From an uncultured Candidatus Entotheonella sp. (GTDB taxonomy: Bacteria > Tectomicrobia > Entotheonellia > Entotheonellales > Entotheonellaceae), in the NCBI GenBank assembly GCA_965215335.1, contig CBDCDA010000001.1, forward strand, positions 1,920,001 to 1,984,000: DNA of 64,000 nt. Reading direction: 5' to 3'. This document shows positions 60,724 to 64,000 of this stretch, in pieces. How positions within the stretch are numbered: position 1 is the stretch's first letter; the number at the start of each line of letters is the position of its first letter. The notes beneath the pieces were generated by a model. The model had not been told where the DNA came from. It was given only the letters and a program-made list of their open reading frames with translations, and ran no database searches. Position numbers and translations under genes: made by a program.

Positions 60724-61908
60724 ATGAACCTTCTTGAAAAGTGTTACAACTTTGAAGAAGCCAAGAATGCCCGCAAGATGGGCTGGCATCCCTATTTCAA
60801 GGTGGTCGAATCCGAACAGGGCGCCGAGGCCGTCGTCGATGGCAAGAAGATGATCATGGTCGGCTCCAACAACTATCTCGGTCTGACCAACCATCCCAAA
60901 GTCAAAGAAGCTGTCATCGAAGCCGTGAAGCAGTACGGCACCGGCTGCACCGGCTCGCGCTACCTCAACGGCACCCTCGCGATCCACGTGGAAGCGGAGG
61001 AGCGGTTGGCCGACTTCATGCAGCGTGAGACCGCCCTGCTGTTCAGCACCGGTTATCAGACCAACCTCGGCACTATCGCTTCCCTCGTCGGCAAGGGCGA
61101 TTACGTCATTACCGACCGGCTCGACCACGCCAGCATTTTCGACGGCTGCCGCCTGTCCTTCGGCAAGACCCTCAAATTCCGCCATAACGACATGGCGGAC
61201 CTGGAGCGCATTCTCGGCCAACTCGACCCCGGCTGCGGCCGCATGGTGGTGGTTGACGGCGTCTTCAGCATGGAAGGCAGCATCGTCAGCCTGCCGGAAG
61301 TCGCCAAACTGTGCCAGGCATACGGCGCCGTGCTGGTGGTGGACGACGCGCACGCCATCGGCGTCCTGGGCGACAACGGGCGCGGCACCGGTGAGCACTT
61401 CGGCATCGAGCAGAGCGTCGACATCAGCGTCGGCACCTTCAGCAAGTCGTTCGCCTCCATGGGCGGCTTCATCGCCGCCGACTTTGACATCGTCGATTAC
61501 ATCAAGCACCATGCCCGCGCCCTGATGTTCAGCGCCAGCATGGCCCCGGCTACCGTCGCCGCCGTTATCGCCGCTCTCGACATCATCGAGCAGGAGCCCG
61601 AACGCCGCGAGGTGTTGTGGCGCAACACCCGTCACCTGCGAAACGGTCTGCAAGACCTCGGCTTCAACACCGGCAGGAGCGCCACGCCGGTGATCCCCGT
61701 GATCCTCGGCGACGATCGCCTGACGTTCCGCTTCTGGAAGGCGCTGTTCGAACGTGGCGTGTTCACCAACGCCGCCGTCCGCCAGGCCGTGGCGCCGGGC
61801 GGCGCCCTGCTGCGCACCAGCGTCATCGCCACCCACACCCCGCCGCAGATCGACCACGTGCTGGAGGTCTTCGCCGACGTGGGTCGCGAGCTGTGCGTCG
61901 TTCCCTGA
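60724..61908 (+). CDS. spt: Serine palmitoyltransferase-like alpha-oxoamine synthase
   Basis: GSNNYLGL, GTGCTGSRYLNGT, DHASIFDG, GTFSKSFAS; next to a ceramide-synthase-like gene. Confidence 0.78.
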   Translation: MNLLEKCYNFEEAKNARKMGWHPYFKVVESEQGAEAVVDGKKMIMVGSNNYLGLTNHPKVKEAVIEAVKQYGTGCTGSRYLNGTLAIHVEAEERLADFMQRETALLFSTGYQTNLGTIASLVGKGDYVITDRLDHASIFDGCRLSFGKTLKFRHNDMADLERILGQLDPGCGRMVVVDGVFSMEGSIVSLPEVAKLCQAYGAVLVVDDAHAIGVLGDNGRGTGEHFGIEQSVDISVGTFSKSFASMGGFIAADFDIVDYIKHHARALMFSASMAPATVAAVIAALDIIEQEPERREVLWRNTRHLRNGLQDLGFNTGRSATPVIPVILGDDRLTFRFWKALFERGVFTNAAVRQAVAPGGALLRTSVIATHTPPQIDHVLEVFADVGRELCVVP

Positions 61909-61946
61909 CACGCCCGCTCACCGTTCTGATGCGCTGAAGGCGATTC

Positions 61947-63068
61947 ATGCCGTCGATCACCATCACGCCGCTGCAACCCAACGATACCAAGGCGTTCATC
62001 AAGTTCCCCTGGCAGGTCTACGCCGGCGACCCCTTCTGGGTCCCGCCGCTCATCATGGATCGCAAGGCGTTCCTCAATCCGCACAAGAATCCCTTTTTCC
62101 AGCACGCCCGGGTGCAGTTGTTCCTGGCGCACGACAGCAGCCGTACGGTGGGCCGCGTCGCCGCGGTGATCAACGTGGCGCACGACCAGTACCACAACGA
62201 GAAGGGCGGGTTTTTCGGGCTGTTCGAGTGCATGCCGGATTGCCCGGAAGCCGCCGCCGCCCTGCTTGACGCTGCCGCCGCATGGGTGCGCGAGCGCGGC
62301 GCCGCCTTCCTGCGCGGCCCGGTGAATTTGTCCAGCAACGAACTGGACATGGGCCTGCTGGTCGAGGGGTTCGGCGCCTCGCCCATCTTCCACTCGGCGT
62401 ACAATCCGCCCTGCTACGCCGCCTTCGTCGAGGCCGCCGGATTCAGCAAGTGCAAGGACCTGCTGGCCTTCTACCGCCACCGCTGGCCCGACCCCGACCC
62501 GCGCGTACGCGAGGCCATCACCCGCCGCCAGCGTCGCGGCAACATCACCGTCCGCCGCGTCAACATGAAGGCCTTTGCCGCCGACGTGCGGCGCATCACC
62601 GAGGTATACAACGACGCCTGGAGCGACAATTGGGGCTTCGTGCCGATTACCGACGCCGAGGCACAGCACATGGCGAAGGAACTGAAGTTGGCCGTTATTC
62701 CCGAGCTTGCCCTGCTGGCCGAAATCGACGGTGAGACAGTCGGTTGCCTGGTCGCCATTCCCGACCTCAACCGCGGCCTCCGCCACCTGAACGGTCACCT
62801 GACGCCGTGGGGTCTGGCGCGCTTCCTCGTCGCTCGCCGCCGCGCCACGACTATCCGCATTGCTCTCGCCGGGGTGCGTAAAAAGTACAGACGGCTCGGC
62901 ATTGATTTGCTGCTCTACGCGGAGTTGTGGGAGCAGGGGGCGAAACGCGGCCTGCTGCATGGCGAGTCGGCGTGGATCCTGGAGGACAACACGCTGATCA
63001 TCCGGGTGCTGGAGGCGCAGGGCGCGCGGGCATATAAGCGTTACCGGTTGTACGAAAAGCCGGTGTAG
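61947..63068 (+). CDS. Double-GNAT protein, bacterial ceramide synthase (bCerS/YghO-like)
   Basis: FIKFPWQVY..DPFWVPPL, NPFF, GRVAA, GFFGLFE, YNPPCY, AWSDNWGFVP, WILEDN. Confidence 0.78.
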   Translation: MPSITITPLQPNDTKAFIKFPWQVYAGDPFWVPPLIMDRKAFLNPHKNPFFQHARVQLFLAHDSSRTVGRVAAVINVAHDQYHNEKGGFFGLFECMPDCPEAAAALLDAAAAWVRERGAAFLRGPVNLSSNELDMGLLVEGFGASPIFHSAYNPPCYAAFVEAAGFSKCKDLLAFYRHRWPDPDPRVREAITRRQRRGNITVRRVNMKAFAADVRRITEVYNDAWSDNWGFVPITDAEAQHMAKELKLAVIPELALLAEIDGETVGCLVAIPDLNRGLRHLNGHLTPWGLARFLVARRRATTIRIALAGVRKKYRRLGIDLLLYAELWEQGAKRGLLHGESAWILEDNTLIIRVLEAQGARAYKRYRLYEKPV

Positions 63069-63252
63069 GCTGGACGAGAGAAAGCGTAATCCGACGCGCG
63101 GCACCAAGCACTTGCGCGTGAAGTCGGAGTTGTTTACTGTCTCGATTCCAACTCGGGCTTGGTGCATGAACGATAAAATCCTCACACGCTGGGCGAAAGA
63201 GCTCGTGCTGCCAGGAGACCGTGTGTTTCAAACCAGGATGAGGTGAGGCATC

Positions 63253-64000
63253 ATGAACACCATCAACACCATAGATGACCTGATCCAGCTCCTGGACGCC
63301 AATCCTCATTGGGTGGAAGCACTCCGCGCCCGGCTGCTGACACGCGCCTTGCTTGATCTGCCCGGACAGTTCGCCCAGTTCGTTGCCGAGATGAATAGTT
63401 TCGTTGCCGAGATGAATAGTTTCGTTGCCGAGATGAATAGTTTCGTTGCCGAGATGAATAGTTTCGTTGCCGAGATGAATAGTTTCGTTGCCGAGATGAA
63501 TAGTTTCGTTGCCGAGATGCACAGGTTTGTCGAAACGACGAACACGCGTTTTGCCACTGTGGAAACCGCGATCAAAGCACTCAGGGACGACATGGGACCG
63601 ATCAAAGGCGTCCACGCCCGAAACGCCGCCATTGAAGAGGCCACGGCTATCGCCAGAGACATGGGATTGCGACGAACCAGAACCCTCACCCGCGACGACC
63701 TGTGGGCCCTGACCGATGCCGGTGACGTCTCGGACATTCCTGCCAACACGCTGAGAAGTTTCCACCGGGCTGATCTGATTATGGAGGCTACCGACCAGCA
63801 AGGCGTCCCTTGTTACATTGCCGTGGAAATCTCCTTTACCGCCAACGGAAGGGATACCGCCAGGGCCATCCGCAACGCGGACTTCCTGACACGGCTCACC
63901 AACAAGCGTGCTTACGCCGCAGTCGCCGGCCTGCGCCACGATGACCAGATACGGGGTAGCCTGGAGTCTGGAGCCGCGTTCTGGTATCAACTGACCCCGG
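63253..64000 (+). CDS. Hypothetical protein with heptad coiled coil and PD-(D/E)XK-like C-terminus (runs off the window)
   Basis: Not in the ORF track because there is no stop in the window; MNTINTIDDLIQLLDANPHWVEALRARLL..(FVAEMNS)6..RADLIMEA..YIAVEISFT. Confidence 0.75.
   Translation, partial: MNTINTIDDLIQLLDANPHWVEALRARLLTRALLDLPGQFAQFVAEMNSFVAEMNSFVAEMNSFVAEMNSFVAEMNSFVAEMNSFVAEMHRFVETTNTRFATVETAIKALRDDMGPIKGVHARNAAIEEATAIARDMGLRRTRTLTRDDLWALTDAGDVSDIPANTLRSFHRADLIMEATDQQGVPCYIAVEISFTANGRDTARAIRNADFLTRLTNKRAYAAVAGLRHDDQIRGSLESGAAFWYQLTP
63379..63519 (+). repeat. 21-bp perfect tandem repeat, 6 copies plus 15 bp
   Basis: Unit ttcgttgccgagatgaatagt, encoding FVAEMNS. Confidence 0.97.

Noticed and set aside
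63379..63519. 21-bp repeats as a CRISPR array
   Set aside because: Head-to-tail with no spacers, in frame within a gene, and no cas genes in the window

Overview
High-GC bacterial chromosomal window with about 55 genes and no rRNA, tRNA, CRISPR array or intact transposase that I can recognise. The gene style (orphan Tat-exported family-5 binding proteins, CoA-transferase pairs, amidases, LLM oxidoreductase) suggests a Tectomicrobia/Entotheonella-like or related lineage; this is inference only. Housekeeping genes: panB, metB, aroC, proS, glcDEF, an archaeal-type glyA and a divergent guaA. Most notable observations: (1) a secreted SoxA/TsdA-like monoheme cytochrome flanked by 19 Asn-Pro-Cys repeats, clustered with a Cox11/CtaG-domain fusion and a second cytochrome c; (2) a TonB-dependent receptor/ExbBD/TonB operon ending in a secreted protein made of 12 EF-loop-like DxDxDG repeats, where the receptor has two +1 homopolymer frameshifts and looks mosaic; (3) a heme-oxygenase-like diiron enzyme translationally coupled to a ferrochelatase carrying a 4-Cys insertion; (4) a glutathionylspermidine-synthase-like ATP-grasp ligase with a Tat lipoprotein that has an Arg/Gly tail; (5) a SAM-II-like riboswitch plus a C13 leader tract before metB; (6) a sigma70-type promoter for glcDEF with a C10 tract in its -35/spacer; (7) an spt plus ceramide-synthase-like pair; (8) one intact and one decayed restriction-modification system, each next to a copy of the same palindromic repeat. 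All family assignments come from motif recognition by eye; no database search was run.
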